Shown piece after piece: positions 1-9,968 of a DNA stretch of 64,000 bases. The number at the start of each line of letters is the position of its first letter. The first letter of the stretch is position 1. Location of the stretch: positions 123,620 through 187,619 of the forward strand of contig CAVTIJ010000007.1 of the NCBI GenBank assembly GCA_963734885.1. The letters run 5' to 3'. Made by a program: the position numbers and the translations under genes. This DNA comes from an uncultured Bacteroidales bacterium. Lineage in GTDB: Bacteria; Bacteroidota; Bacteroidia; Bacteroidales; VadinHA17. The notes beneath the pieces are model-generated. The model was not told where the DNA came from. It made no database searches and worked only from the letters and a program-made list of their open reading frames with translations.

Positions 1-207
1 AGACTTGATCTCGGAATTCAATTTAAAAAAGAAAAAAAATGGGGTGAGCGAACATGGGAGATCTCGGTTTATAATGTTTATAACAGGATGAACCCATATT
101 ACTATTATTTAGGTTATGAATACCACGATGACAAATCCTATGGAGTTATTAAACAGGTAACCCTCTTCCCGTTTATTCCTTCTTTCTCATACAATATAAA
201 ATTCTGA
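1..207 (+). CDS. TonB-dependent receptor / outer-membrane beta-barrel, C-terminal fragment (5' end outside window)
   Basis: Frame 1 is open from base 1 to TGA at 205-207. The translation ...WEISVYNVYNRMNPYYYYLG...FPFIPSFSYNIKF is aromatic-rich and ends in Phe, as OM barrels do. A DUF4249-like lipoprotein gene follows. Confidence 0.55.
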   Translation, partial: RLDLGIQFKKEKKWGERTWEISVYNVYNRMNPYYYYLGYEYHDDKSYGVIKQVTLFPFIPSFSYNIKF

Positions 208-212
208 ACAAT

Positions 213-1154
213 ATGAAGCTCCAAAATATTAATTTTTATATTCTCATCCTTTTCGCTTTTAATCTCTTTTCATGCAGAAAAGTTGCATCGGATGTTGATC
301 CGCCGGAATTCATTCAGAAATTGGTGGTAAACGCTTATTTATCGCCGGACAAAAAAGACAACAAAATATTCGTTTCATCTAATATTAAACGTTTTGGCGA
401 ATTGAACGGAAACTTTGAACCTTTCGGAAATGCATACCTGCACATTTATGAGAACTCAAAAGAAGTGCAATTTGATACTGTTCGGGAAAATTATTTAAGC
501 TCAGGATATAATTACCTGATAAAGAATTTTCAGTTCAAAGAAGGTCAGACTTACAGCCTTAAAGTTATCAGCGATATTGGTCTTAAAGTTGAAGCGACCT
601 GTAAAATTCCCTTGAAAAGGGATTTTCAGATCTCTGTCGATACAACATTTAAAAAAACCAAAGATGAATACGGATTCAATATATCATTGCTTATTGCTAA
701 AATCAGTATTACAGATTTCCCGGGTGAGGCAAACTATTACCGGTTGCTCTATTTATATGATACATATTACCCCGCATCTCCCCATAATAAGAATCTATCA
801 TATAAGGACGCTGTAGAATCTCCTATCCCTTCATGGGCAGAGTATAACGCATGGCAAAATGACTTTGTGAAAAATGATGCCGGATTAGATGGAAAAAAAT
901 TTGTTATTAGGACAATTGAGTTCCAGCCTGTTTACTTGGATCATATCAGCCAGGCAGGCCCGGACTCAGCGTTCCTGAGAATTTACCTCTTGAGTACTGA
1001 TAAACCATATTATGATTTTCATAAGTCTCTTGAGAATTTTTCATTGGGCGATTCTCCTTTTTCGGAACCATCATTTCTTTATTCCAATATTAAAGGTGGT
1101 CTTGGAATTCTTGCATCCTATACGCTTGATTCATTGATTTTCAGAATAAAATAA
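213..1154 (+). CDS. DUF4249-like lipoprotein
   Basis: Lipoprotein signal (LFSC). Has the DPPEF..LVVNAYLSPD start and a GGLGILASYT motif near the C-terminus, typical of DUF4249 proteins that follow TonB-dependent receptors. Confidence 0.55.
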   Translation: MKLQNINFYILILFAFNLFSCRKVASDVDPPEFIQKLVVNAYLSPDKKDNKIFVSSNIKRFGELNGNFEPFGNAYLHIYENSKEVQFDTVRENYLSSGYNYLIKNFQFKEGQTYSLKVISDIGLKVEATCKIPLKRDFQISVDTTFKKTKDEYGFNISLLIAKISITDFPGEANYYRLLYLYDTYYPASPHNKNLSYKDAVESPIPSWAEYNAWQNDFVKNDAGLDGKKFVIRTIEFQPVYLDHISQAGPDSAFLRIYLLSTDKPYYDFHKSLENFSLGDSPFSEPSFLYSNIKGGLGILASYTLDSLIFRIK

Positions 1155-1187
1155 TACTTTCTTTATACAATTAATCCAATTCTCATT

Positions 1188-1649
1188 ATGAAAAAATCGA
1201 TTGTTTTGTTCATCGCCATTTTTTGTCTTGCAATCGCATGTAAAAAAGAGAATACGAATTTTTCTCAATTTAGTGTTGATTTTGCAAATCTTGAAGATAG
1301 CATCTACTATGATTCAGTTTCATACGCTATAATAAACTATTCAGATGTTACTGAATTTAAAGATACTTCAGCGTTCAATAATCCTGACATTTTCAGTCAT
1401 AGCGAAAAGGTTGAAAGAAGATCCCCATACAATACTAATACATATGGGATAACTGTGAAATCTGAGCACACTTATGTAATCAAGAAATTTGACCTTGTAA
1501 GTAAATCAGGTAATGTAATATTCTATATCCCATATGGAATGCAATATTTCACCAGAAATGGTATTAAACGTTCATGGGCTCCTTTCCCATTCGTTTTTAA
1601 GGCTTTTAGTGGAAGTATGAGCGGAGGGCTTTATGAAGTAAGAAAATAG
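1188..1649 (+). CDS. hypothetical lipoprotein
   Basis: ORF with signal peptide plus lipobox (LAIAC). No recognisable domain. Confidence 0.45.
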   Translation: MKKSIVLFIAIFCLAIACKKENTNFSQFSVDFANLEDSIYYDSVSYAIINYSDVTEFKDTSAFNNPDIFSHSEKVERRSPYNTNTYGITVKSEHTYVIKKFDLVSKSGNVIFYIPYGMQYFTRNGIKRSWAPFPFVFKAFSGSMSGGLYEVRK

Positions 1650-1782
1650 TTAGGCTGAACAACTGATCAAATTACCTGGCCGCCAGGTTAATTTATTCAG
1701 TACCAAAGAGAACAATACCGTTTTAAAAAGTGTTAAGGAATTGAGACTATTAACACCCTTAAATGAATTGTTCTATTAAAAA

Positions 1783-1788
1783 AGGAGG
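1783..1788 (+). promoter_or_regulatory. canonical Shine-Dalgarno AGGAGG, 6 nt upstream of ATG 1795
   Basis: Sequence aaaAGGAGGattactATG. None of the other gene starts I checked has a comparable SD. Confidence 0.5.
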
Positions 1789-1794
1789 ATTACT

Positions 1795-2259
1795 ATGTCA
1801 AATATTGTTGATTTTGAAAATGTTTCTTCAGCAGGTGTGGAATCATCACCTGTATCGTCATCACTTGCAGGTTTACGTGCTAACGAATCGAGATACTTTA
1901 AGAATAAATACAATCATAATTTTACCGTAAACCCTGCAGCTAAAAGCAAAGATATCCTTGACTATGTCAATAATATTCTTCTTACCGAACGCAATATTAA
2001 AATTTCATCAGAGCCCCTTGAAACATCAGAATTCGTGGCTGGCGGAATAAAATGGACATATGTATTTTATGAAAGCGGTCTTTCAATAAATGTTATGTAT
2101 ACACTTAATGATCCCAAAAAAAGAGCAGTAGGTTTTAAACTTTCAGAAGGGATGGAAGTTCCAAAAGAGCTCGAAGATAAATTTAAGTTTGCAAGACAAA
2201 AATCGAAACTTGCAGGAACAATCCGTGGTTCATTTTTTGTCATCAAAGGGGAATATTAA
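1795..2259 (+). CDS. hypothetical protein
   Basis: 154-aa ORF with a strong SD. No recognisable motif. Confidence 0.45.
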   Translation: MSNIVDFENVSSAGVESSPVSSSLAGLRANESRYFKNKYNHNFTVNPAAKSKDILDYVNNILLTERNIKISSEPLETSEFVAGGIKWTYVFYESGLSINVMYTLNDPKKRAVGFKLSEGMEVPKELEDKFKFARQKSKLAGTIRGSFFVIKGEY

Positions 2260-2301
2260 GACTCAATTTCTCTACCTTCGTTACAAAAATTAATAATTTC
2301 A

Positions 2302-2748
2302 ATGGATTACCTTTATCTTGACAACAAGCCCTGGCAGTATATCCGTTTTGGGATAGGAATATTATCTCTGATAGCTGCTTTGTCGTTTCTGTTCGCTGAT
2401 CCCGGAAATCTTAGTCGTTTCGACTACCTTATGATTTTTGGTTTTTCTCTTTCCGGCGTGGTTAATATGACAAATGATTTCGGAATGCAGAAAACTTACC
2501 TCCGACGCGAAAATAATAGTCTGATAATCAAATGGATCAATAAAATCAGACCGCAAAAAATCAACTTCACTGATATTGAAGGTATCTACCTGAGAAAAAC
2601 AGAGATCATCATAAACAATAAAGGTTGTAAACCTGTAAAGCTAAAATTGTTAGTATACAGACCGGATCAAAAAAAAGAGTTATACGAATTTTTTATTAAT
2701 CTCTCAAAGATCCATGAATTGAATTTATTCAGACAGTTTACTTCATAA
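2302..2748 (+). CDS. hypothetical membrane protein (2 TM plus soluble C-terminal domain)
   Basis: Two N-terminal hydrophobic helices, then a basic soluble domain. Confidence 0.4.
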   Translation: MDYLYLDNKPWQYIRFGIGILSLIAALSFLFADPGNLSRFDYLMIFGFSLSGVVNMTNDFGMQKTYLRRENNSLIIKWINKIRPQKINFTDIEGIYLRKTEIIINNKGCKPVKLKLLVYRPDQKKELYEFFINLSKIHELNLFRQFTS

Positions 2749-2852
2749 CAAATTATCACATATTATCACCTACTGAAGCCGGGCCCGGTTTGTAAATACC
2801 TGTTTAAACATTTTCGTTTTTCTTATTGTTTTAATATTAAAAATATTACAAT

Positions 2853-3071
2853 ATGAATATAATCGATCTGAATAAAAGAAAAATATATTTACAGCTGGCT
2901 ATGAGTTTCTGGATAGGAGTCGGACTTATGAGTATAATAAATGTCTGGAAAATTACTAAGGCAAATGATGCAATCCGTTATTCCTGGATCATGTCTGCCG
3001 TTTCCTTAATATTTTTAATTATATGCATAATCAATCTTATCATCATAAATCAAAAAAGTAAAATAAGATAG
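2853..3071 (+). CDS. small hypothetical membrane protein
   Basis: 72-aa ORF with two hydrophobic segments. Confidence 0.3.
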   Translation: MNIIDLNKRKIYLQLAMSFWIGVGLMSIINVWKITKANDAIRYSWIMSAVSLIFLIICIINLIIINQKSKIR

Positions 3072-3164
3072 CCCAATTCAGGAAATTTAAATTAGTCAGC
3101 TAATCCAAGCCGGGAGATTGCTTCTGATGTGGTTCTTTAAATTTGTATTAAAATTCTAATCAAA

Positions 3165-3614
3165 ATGACAAAAAACGTTTTTCTTTTCCTGAATCTGGCT
3201 CTGGCTTTTTATAACATTGGAACGATCTGGGCAATGGAAGTAGATATTTTCAGATCGTGGAAACCACTTGATCCGAAGACGTTTAAATTGGTACAAACAA
3301 TTCATTGGAAAAAACTGCCTTACTGGATCTTTTTCCCGGTATTTCTGGCATTTATTGGTTCAATAATACTTTTTTGGTATCATCCTGACAATATTCCATT
3401 ATGGGAAATATGGACCGTTTTCCTGCTTCAGTTCATTTCACATATTCTGACTGCAATTTTCTGGGGACAATGGCAGGCAAAACTTTCAAAAGATGAATCA
3501 GGAGGTGCAAGTCCATACCTTCACAAAATTTTAAGAACACATTGGATCAGAACTTCTTTAATAAATGCCTATGGCTTAATGCTACTTTTTATAACTATTC
3601 AGTCTATAAAATAA
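3165..3614 (+). CDS. hypothetical 4-TM membrane protein (possibly DUF1772-like)
   Basis: 149 aa with four hydrophobic helices. The family assignment is a guess. Confidence 0.35.
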   Translation: MTKNVFLFLNLALAFYNIGTIWAMEVDIFRSWKPLDPKTFKLVQTIHWKKLPYWIFFPVFLAFIGSIILFWYHPDNIPLWEIWTVFLLQFISHILTAIFWGQWQAKLSKDESGGASPYLHKILRTHWIRTSLINAYGLMLLFITIQSIK

Positions 3615-3854
3615 ACGGCATTATCTGCAGACGAGGCGTCAGCCATTATAAATCCGGATCCTTGCACTTCCCTGGGCTTAATAGTTAAGAATTCTTGTTT
3701 AAAACTCAAAACAAAAAAGCGCCAAAGGCTGTTATAATATTTTACAGAACATGAGATCCTTTTCAAGACAACTGAGGGATTTTTTCATCTTTTAGAACGT
3801 TACATAGATACTTTCTCAAAGTCCTGGGAATAAAACTATTTACGCCAAAACAAA

Positions 3855-4412
3855 ATGAGAAAAATAATTGGAGCAATCAATATGACAGTTGATGGGTTTT
3901 GCGATCACACTGCGATGAATCCGGATGATGAAGTTCTTGAACATTACAATGATCTTCTTAGAAATTCTGACACCATTTTATACGGAAGGATAACTTATCA
4001 ACTTATGGAAAATTACTGGCCGGTTATTGTGAAAAATCCTACCGGTGATAAACCAGCAAATGAATTTGCAGTATTAATAGAGAACATCTCAAAAATTGTT
4101 TTTTCCGGCACTTTGAAAAATCTTGATTGGAAAAATGTAAAAATGGCAAAGTCAGGAATTGAAGAAGAAGTATTGGAACTAAGGAAACAAGAAGGAAAAG
4201 ACATTTTAGCCGGCAGCCGGAGCTTAATTGTGACCTTGATGAACCTCAATTTAATTGATGAATTTCAACTCTGTATTCACCCGATCATTTTAGGGAGCGG
4301 GGTAACGCCTTTATTCACAAACATAAAGGATACCGTCAACCTGAAACTCTTAAAAACAAAAACCTTTAGATGCGGTTCGGTAGTGCATTACTATAAACCG
4401 ACAATAAAATGA
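3855..4412 (+). CDS. dihydrofolate reductase family protein (RibD C-terminal domain type)
   Basis: N-terminus MRKIIGAINMTVDGF...ILYGRITYQLMENYWP, as in RibD_C/YwjB-like reductases. Confidence 0.7.
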   Translation: MRKIIGAINMTVDGFCDHTAMNPDDEVLEHYNDLLRNSDTILYGRITYQLMENYWPVIVKNPTGDKPANEFAVLIENISKIVFSGTLKNLDWKNVKMAKSGIEEEVLELRKQEGKDILAGSRSLIVTLMNLNLIDEFQLCIHPIILGSGVTPLFTNIKDTVNLKLLKTKTFRCGSVVHYYKPTIK

Positions 4413-4443
4413 ATTTTGAAGAAGTTGTAAAGAATATGAAATT

Positions 4444-5037
4444 ATGAGAAAAATAATCGTTTTATCATTCATCACATTAGATGGTGTTATGCAGGCACCA
4501 GGGGGACCTGAGGAAGATACATCTGACGGATTCAAATATGGCGGTTGGGTTGCACCCTATTTTGACGAGGCGGGCGGTAAAGTCATGGAAAAACAAATGA
4601 AACCTGCCGACCTTCTTTTGGGCAGAAAAACTTTTGAGATCTTTGCCGGTTACTGGCCTGAGCATGAAAATGTCTGGCCAGGAATAAATGATGTCACAAA
4701 ATATGTCATGTCCACTACCATGAAAAAGTCAGGCTGGAAAAACTCAGTTTTCATCAATAGCGTGGCAGATATCAAAAAGATTAAGAGTTCAGAAGGCCTT
4801 GATATTCAGGTTCATGGCAGCGGTGAGCTTATACAGCTTCTGCTTAAGAATGATCTGGCAGACGAACTCTGGCTCAAAATTTTTCCGCTGACTTTAGGTA
4901 AAGGGAAAAAGTTGTTTGACAATGGTGCTATTCCGGCAGCATTTGCTTTGACAGAGAGTCTGATTACACCGGCCGGAGTGATCTTTGCCAACTACAAACG
5001 GGCCGGAAAAGTAACGACAGGTACAGTTGGATCTTAA
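4444..5037 (+). CDS. dihydrofolate reductase family protein (RibD C-terminal domain type), paralog
   Basis: MRKIIVLSFITLDGVMQAPGGPEED...LLGRKTFEIFAGYWP, typical of this family. Sits in tandem with 3855..4412. Confidence 0.75.
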   Translation: MRKIIVLSFITLDGVMQAPGGPEEDTSDGFKYGGWVAPYFDEAGGKVMEKQMKPADLLLGRKTFEIFAGYWPEHENVWPGINDVTKYVMSTTMKKSGWKNSVFINSVADIKKIKSSEGLDIQVHGSGELIQLLLKNDLADELWLKIFPLTLGKGKKLFDNGAIPAAFALTESLITPAGVIFANYKRAGKVTTGTVGS

Positions 5038-5249
5038 CCATATTAATTTATATGCGGTTTTTGCCGGCGTTATCTCAAGTTTTTCACAATAATCAAGCTC
5101 TGTTAAACAATTAACAGATCATTAAGAATTGATTAACAAATATTTGGGAGAAGAGTAACCTGATCTGACCTAAATTCGTTTTGCAATAAATCACAAGTCA
5201 TGCCGCTCTTCCGCAATTAGGACAGCGATCAATTAACCAGGACCGATTT

Positions 5250-5573
5250 ATGACGAAACTCTTCCTCCCCTACAATAAAACCATTCTGAAGATAAATTGT
5301 ATTTTTTCAATTGTTCTTACCTTATTATCCAGCGTGGTTTTTTTTACAATGAAATCCTCACACTCTCCAATATATCTTGCTATTGAATTTTATGCTTTCT
5401 GTTTAATGACCGGAGGGTTTCTTCTGTCGGCATTTTACTTTGAAATTTCGAGAAAAAGCGAATATTATTTCTATTATAATCTTGGACTTAGTAAAATCAA
5501 ACTGCTTCTGATTACATACGTTCTTCATATGATATTCATTTTACCTTTAATATTCATTTTACAATATGTCTAG
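5250..5573 (+). CDS. small polytopic membrane protein (first gene of ABC/metallophosphoesterase operon)
   Basis: 107 aa with 3 hydrophobic helices. Its stop overlaps the next ATG (ATGTCTAG, 8-nt overlap). Confidence 0.5.
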   Translation: MTKLFLPYNKTILKINCIFSIVLTLLSSVVFFTMKSSHSPIYLAIEFYAFCLMTGGFLLSAFYFEISRKSEYYFYYNLGLSKIKLLLITYVLHMIFILPLIFILQYV

Positions 5574-6231
5574 TCTTCTTGAGGTCGATAGCATCCGTAA
5601 AGCATATGGTGACAAACAAGTTTTGACTGACATTGCCCTGAAATGCCAATCAGGTGATATTCTCGGTTTGCTTGGGAGAAATGGGTCAGGTAAATCAACT
5701 CTCTTAAAAATAATCTTCGGGACTCTCCCTGCCGACTACAAATTCATCAGGATAAATGATAAAATTCTTGAACATCCGTTTAAATCAAAAAATACTATTA
5801 CTTATCTGAGCCAGGACAACTTTTTGCCCAAAAACATAACCGTAAAACAAGTGGTTGAGATTTTCTCTAATGATTTGAATCCTAAAGAATTTTTTGAAGA
5901 CGAAGTTTTTTCGAAAGTATCAGACACTAAGATCCGGGATCTTTCAGGAGGAGAATCAAGATATCTGGAGGTCAAACTTTTATTAACCCTTGATTCCTTA
6001 TTTGTACTTCTGGATGAACCATTTAATGGGATTTCTCCTCTGCATATCGAGAAGGTAAAAAACATGATTCGTGATAAGTCGTCAATAAAGGGAATTTTTC
6101 TTACAGACCACGACTATCGAAACGTACTTGATGTGGCAACCAGCTTTTACCTGCTTTTCGATGGAGGACTAAAACCAGTTAAAACAAAACAGGACCTCAT
6201 TGATTGGGGATATGTTCCGGAAAATAAATGA
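5566..6231 (+). CDS. ABC transporter ATP-binding protein
   Basis: Walker A GRNGSGKST, Q-loop LSQD, signature LSGGE, Walker B LLDEPF, H-loop TDHD. Confidence 0.85.
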   Translation: MSSLLEVDSIRKAYGDKQVLTDIALKCQSGDILGLLGRNGSGKSTLLKIIFGTLPADYKFIRINDKILEHPFKSKNTITYLSQDNFLPKNITVKQVVEIFSNDLNPKEFFEDEVFSKVSDTKIRDLSGGESRYLEVKLLLTLDSLFVLLDEPFNGISPLHIEKVKNMIRDKSSIKGIFLTDHDYRNVLDVATSFYLLFDGGLKPVKTKQDLIDWGYVPENK

Positions 6232-7873
6232 CACAATATCAAAAATAGCTGCAATGACAGAACAGGATAATTGTATTAAATCCGGACTTTATAGTCCTAG
6301 GCAATTGTATATTACGGCTGCAGTTGGTGGTCCTGCCATCGCCGGTTTCATAATAGCCAGCAATCTTTGGTCAAGAGAGAAAAAATTATTGGCAATCATT
6401 CCCATCATTCCCGGGTTGGTTTTCGGTTTTGCGGTAGTGTTTCTCATAGATTCAATTGCCCGCTTTTGGGGTACAAATTATCCTGATCTTATGACGTCAA
6501 GTGTTCTAAGACACATTGTAGCATTTTCATTATACTTTCTTGTTCTCACATTATTTGCTCTTCTGATCAGGTTTATTTTTAACTGGAAAATAAAAGTGAG
6601 GGACTTTATTTTCCCGGAATTCAATGCTTCAATTTTTCATACCAGAAAGTTATATCCGGTAATAATTTTCAGCTTTGTATGTTTCCTAATATTTGCCACA
6701 TTTAACATATACTTATTCTCAGCTCTTTGGTTCTACCTGTTTACACATATTTATTGTTATAATTTAATCCATAAGGTATTTGGGAACTTAAGAATAGCCA
6801 AACCTGTACTTGTCTCTATCGTTATCCTTGCCTGCCTTTTGCCTTTAATAGATACCACCGGTCAGATACTTCATGTTTATGCAAACCTGAAATTAATATC
6901 GTTTACTTATTTAAATCTGGGCATCGGTTATTATACAATTTTTATATTCTATCTGTTCCTGTTTATTCTTGGCATAAGTATCCTGCTAGTAATAAATAGA
7001 TTAATAAAGATCGTACCTGATAATATTCTAAAGAACAAAACCTTTGTACTTGCTACAATATTTTCTGGTTTTTTATACGGAGTTAGTATCCTTGTAATTG
7101 GTAATCATATCAATAACAATCCTGTTATCAACAAATACTATATAACTTTACCAAAAAAATCATCGACCATTAATTCGCTGAAGATTATCAGTATCACCGA
7201 TATTCATTTAAAGAACATTACGAGTTGCCTTTTCCTTAAGAAACTTGTAAAAAAAGTAAATTCAGAAAATCCGGACGTAATCTTTTTGCCGGGAGACATT
7301 GTCGAGACATATGGAAATACAAACGAAGCAAAACTTAACGAATTGATTGAAATACTGAAAGATATAAAATCAGTAAATGGTATATATGCAGTTAGAGGAA
7401 ACCATGATTTCCCCGGACAAAATGTGGCGGATAAAATTGGCTTTAATAAACGCTCAGGCATTACGATGTTGTCCGATTCGCTGATAGAACTGGAAGATAA
7501 AATTTACATTATCGGACTAAAATACCGGGGCAAGAATGAAAAAAGACCAGTCGATTCGCTTCTAAATTTCAGGAGAAAAGAGCTGCCTCTAATACTGCTC
7601 GATCACGCTCCATACAGACTTAAAGAAACCAACAGAAAAAATATTGATGTTCAATTATCAGGGCATACACATAACGGACAAATCTGGCCTCTTAATTATA
7701 TTACTGATGCAGTATATGATATTGCATGGGGTTATAAAAAAACAAATTATACGCATCTTTTCGTATCCTGTGGCGCTCAGGATGCAATAATGCCTGGTTA
7801 CCAGGATTTTAGTATTCCTGTTCGCATTGGAAGTGTCTCTGAGATTATGGAAATAAATATTGAGTTCAAATAA
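6212..7873 (+). CDS. polytopic membrane protein fused to calcineurin-like metallophosphoesterase
   Basis: About 320 aa of multiple TM helices, then DIHL, GDIVE, GNHD and GHTHNGQ metallophosphoesterase motifs. The start is uncertain (6200, 6212 or 6254) and overlaps the ABC gene's stop. Confidence 0.7.
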   Translation: MFRKINDTISKIAAMTEQDNCIKSGLYSPRQLYITAAVGGPAIAGFIIASNLWSREKKLLAIIPIIPGLVFGFAVVFLIDSIARFWGTNYPDLMTSSVLRHIVAFSLYFLVLTLFALLIRFIFNWKIKVRDFIFPEFNASIFHTRKLYPVIIFSFVCFLIFATFNIYLFSALWFYLFTHIYCYNLIHKVFGNLRIAKPVLVSIVILACLLPLIDTTGQILHVYANLKLISFTYLNLGIGYYTIFIFYLFLFILGISILLVINRLIKIVPDNILKNKTFVLATIFSGFLYGVSILVIGNHINNNPVINKYYITLPKKSSTINSLKIISITDIHLKNITSCLFLKKLVKKVNSENPDVIFLPGDIVETYGNTNEAKLNELIEILKDIKSVNGIYAVRGNHDFPGQNVADKIGFNKRSGITMLSDSLIELEDKIYIIGLKYRGKNEKRPVDSLLNFRRKELPLILLDHAPYRLKETNRKNIDVQLSGHTHNGQIWPLNYITDAVYDIAWGYKKTNYTHLFVSCGAQDAIMPGYQDFSIPVRIGSVSEIMEINIEFK

Positions 7874-8072
7874 TATGACCTGTAATTCGGGCAGCAGCGT
7901 ACTGATTATGATATTGTACAAAAACCGGACTGATTCTACTCCTTGGTTGTTAAATAACAACTATTAATAGCGCATTTACAACTACACGTATATGGTTTAT
8001 TTATCGGTTACTGAAGTGGATCGATGTATCTTTGTTGTGACGATAAAAAATTATTCACTAAAAAATGTAACT

Positions 8073-8987
8073 ATGTTAACTACTATTATGATTGGCAATA
8101 AAATCTCTGAAGCTCGAAAGAGAATAAATATTTCCCAGGCCCAGCTGGCTGAGCGTCTGTTTATCAGTTCACAGGCTGTAGGGAAGTGGGAGCGCGGAGA
8201 ATCAATGCCTGACATCATTACTTTTAACCGGCTCGCTGAAATTCTGGGTGTTGATCTTAACTATTTTTCAGAAAGCTTCCAGTCCGAAGCCAGTGAATCC
8301 GGTAGTAATCAGATAGCACAAGGCGAATCTTTGGTTAAGCAACCCGTTAAACTGACTTCCGGGAATGAAAAGAAAAAGCTTAGCTGGGATATGTCACGCG
8401 GGAACTGGATGGGCGCTGATTTTTCAGGTTTGAAAAACCTGCATGAAAAATTCAGCTCCTCCAACATGCAACGCTGCCAGTTTATCGGTTCAGATCTATC
8501 GGGACTTCTTCTGACTGGTAATAATGTTGACCGTTGTGACTTCTCAGGTTCCGACATCAGCAGCAGCCGCATTCAAAATTCCAACTTCCTTAACAATATA
8601 TTTAAGGCCTGTTCTATGAAAGTAGCTGAATTTTCAGCCAGCTATATAACGGGTTGTGATTTCTCCAGCGCCGATTTTACAGGAGCAACGTTTAAATCCG
8701 GCGGCTTACTGAAAACCCCGGTGTCTGATGCAGTGTGGAATGGTACATCTTTTATTTCCATGCAGCTTACCGACATTGTTTTTAATGGCAAAATCGAGGA
8801 CTGTTATTTTGAAAACTGTGGTTTTAGGAAGGTAACATTCCGGAATTCCACGATTATTAATACTTTCTTTAAAAACAAAAGTTTAAAAGGGATCCGGTTT
8901 ATTGATTGCCAGGCAGATAGAATGACGTACGAATTTCTGAAAAACGGAAAGGCTGACTTGACCGGGATCACGTTGTTAACAGCATAA
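8073..8987 (+). CDS. XRE-family HTH regulator fused to pentapeptide-repeat domain
   Basis: N-terminus IGNKISEARKRINISQAQLAERLFISSQAVGKWERGESMP (HTH_XRE). The C-terminal half holds A(D/N)(L/F)xx pentapeptide repeats (ADFSG, SDLSG, CDFSG, ADFTG...). The start is chosen at MLTTIM and may instead be 8088. Confidence 0.7.
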   Translation: MLTTIMIGNKISEARKRINISQAQLAERLFISSQAVGKWERGESMPDIITFNRLAEILGVDLNYFSESFQSEASESGSNQIAQGESLVKQPVKLTSGNEKKKLSWDMSRGNWMGADFSGLKNLHEKFSSSNMQRCQFIGSDLSGLLLTGNNVDRCDFSGSDISSSRIQNSNFLNNIFKACSMKVAEFSASYITGCDFSSADFTGATFKSGGLLKTPVSDAVWNGTSFISMQLTDIVFNGKIEDCYFENCGFRKVTFRNSTIINTFFKNKSLKGIRFIDCQADRMTYEFLKNGKADLTGITLLTA

Positions 8988-9091
8988 TGTATTCCAAGCC
9001 GATATTAAGACATCAGATAATAGTTCGGACTCAGCAACTATAAATCTCAACTTTTGAAGTAAATTTGATCTGATCTAACCTTTCTGGAATT

Positions 9092-9763
9092 ATGATTGAC
9101 TATAAAACGAATAAACATTTTGGCCATTTCGTAATATACATTTTATTAATTCTCATTTTTTCCTGCACAAAAAAAGAACCGGCAGGAAATGAATCTGCCG
9201 GCAACGTACAGATAAAAACCACTATCAAATATCCTTGTGTACAAATAACTACTGCCTGGGAAAATTCTGATTATATTCTTCCCTATCCGATTGGAAAAAC
9301 CTACTATATAAATCAGGCAAATTGTTCCGGGTATGGACATAGCGGTTTTTGGAATCATGGTTATGACTTCACTATGCAAATAGGAACAATAGTAACTGCC
9401 GCCCGTGGAGGGACCGTAGGATGGGCAAAAGATGGATGCTTCGACGGCAATTCAGGTTGTACAAATCTGATAACAATAAAACATAAAGATGGAACAGTTG
9501 CACTTTATTCTCATCTGACAAAGGGCGGAGTTTTAGTAAAATCAGGCGATCTGGTAGATGCAGGTGACACTATTGCACTATCCGGAAATACCGGAAATAC
9601 CGGAGGCCTGCCACATTTGCATTTCTCCGTTCATCCATGCAATGATCTGCCGGGTTTACCTAATGAGGGCGATTGTCCGTCCTGGCCCGTTAATTTTAAA
9701 AATACAGACCCGAATCCTGACGGCCTGATAGCACATCGATCCTATGAGGCTAAAGAGTATTAA
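9092..9763 (+). CDS. M23 family metallopeptidase (lipoprotein)
   Basis: HxxxD-like GHSGFWNHGYDF, GNTGNTGGLPHLHFSVH (HxH) motif, and lipobox IFSC. Confidence 0.8.
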   Translation: MIDYKTNKHFGHFVIYILLILIFSCTKKEPAGNESAGNVQIKTTIKYPCVQITTAWENSDYILPYPIGKTYYINQANCSGYGHSGFWNHGYDFTMQIGTIVTAARGGTVGWAKDGCFDGNSGCTNLITIKHKDGTVALYSHLTKGGVLVKSGDLVDAGDTIALSGNTGNTGGLPHLHFSVHPCNDLPGLPNEGDCPSWPVNFKNTDPNPDGLIAHRSYEAKEY

Positions 9764-9968
9764 GCAACTATTTACAACTATGGCAGAGACAACGCGGACA
9801 CCAAATGAAATTTAAGAAGCTTCCGCTGCTTCAGAAGGCTAAGAAGTGAATGAGAAAAGGATTCTTTAACCCGGATGAACAGAGAACAGGATTCATTGTT
9901 AAACAGCATAGCATTAGATCAGAAGAGGATAATGAATGCTACAATGTCTCATTAAAAAATATAAAAAT

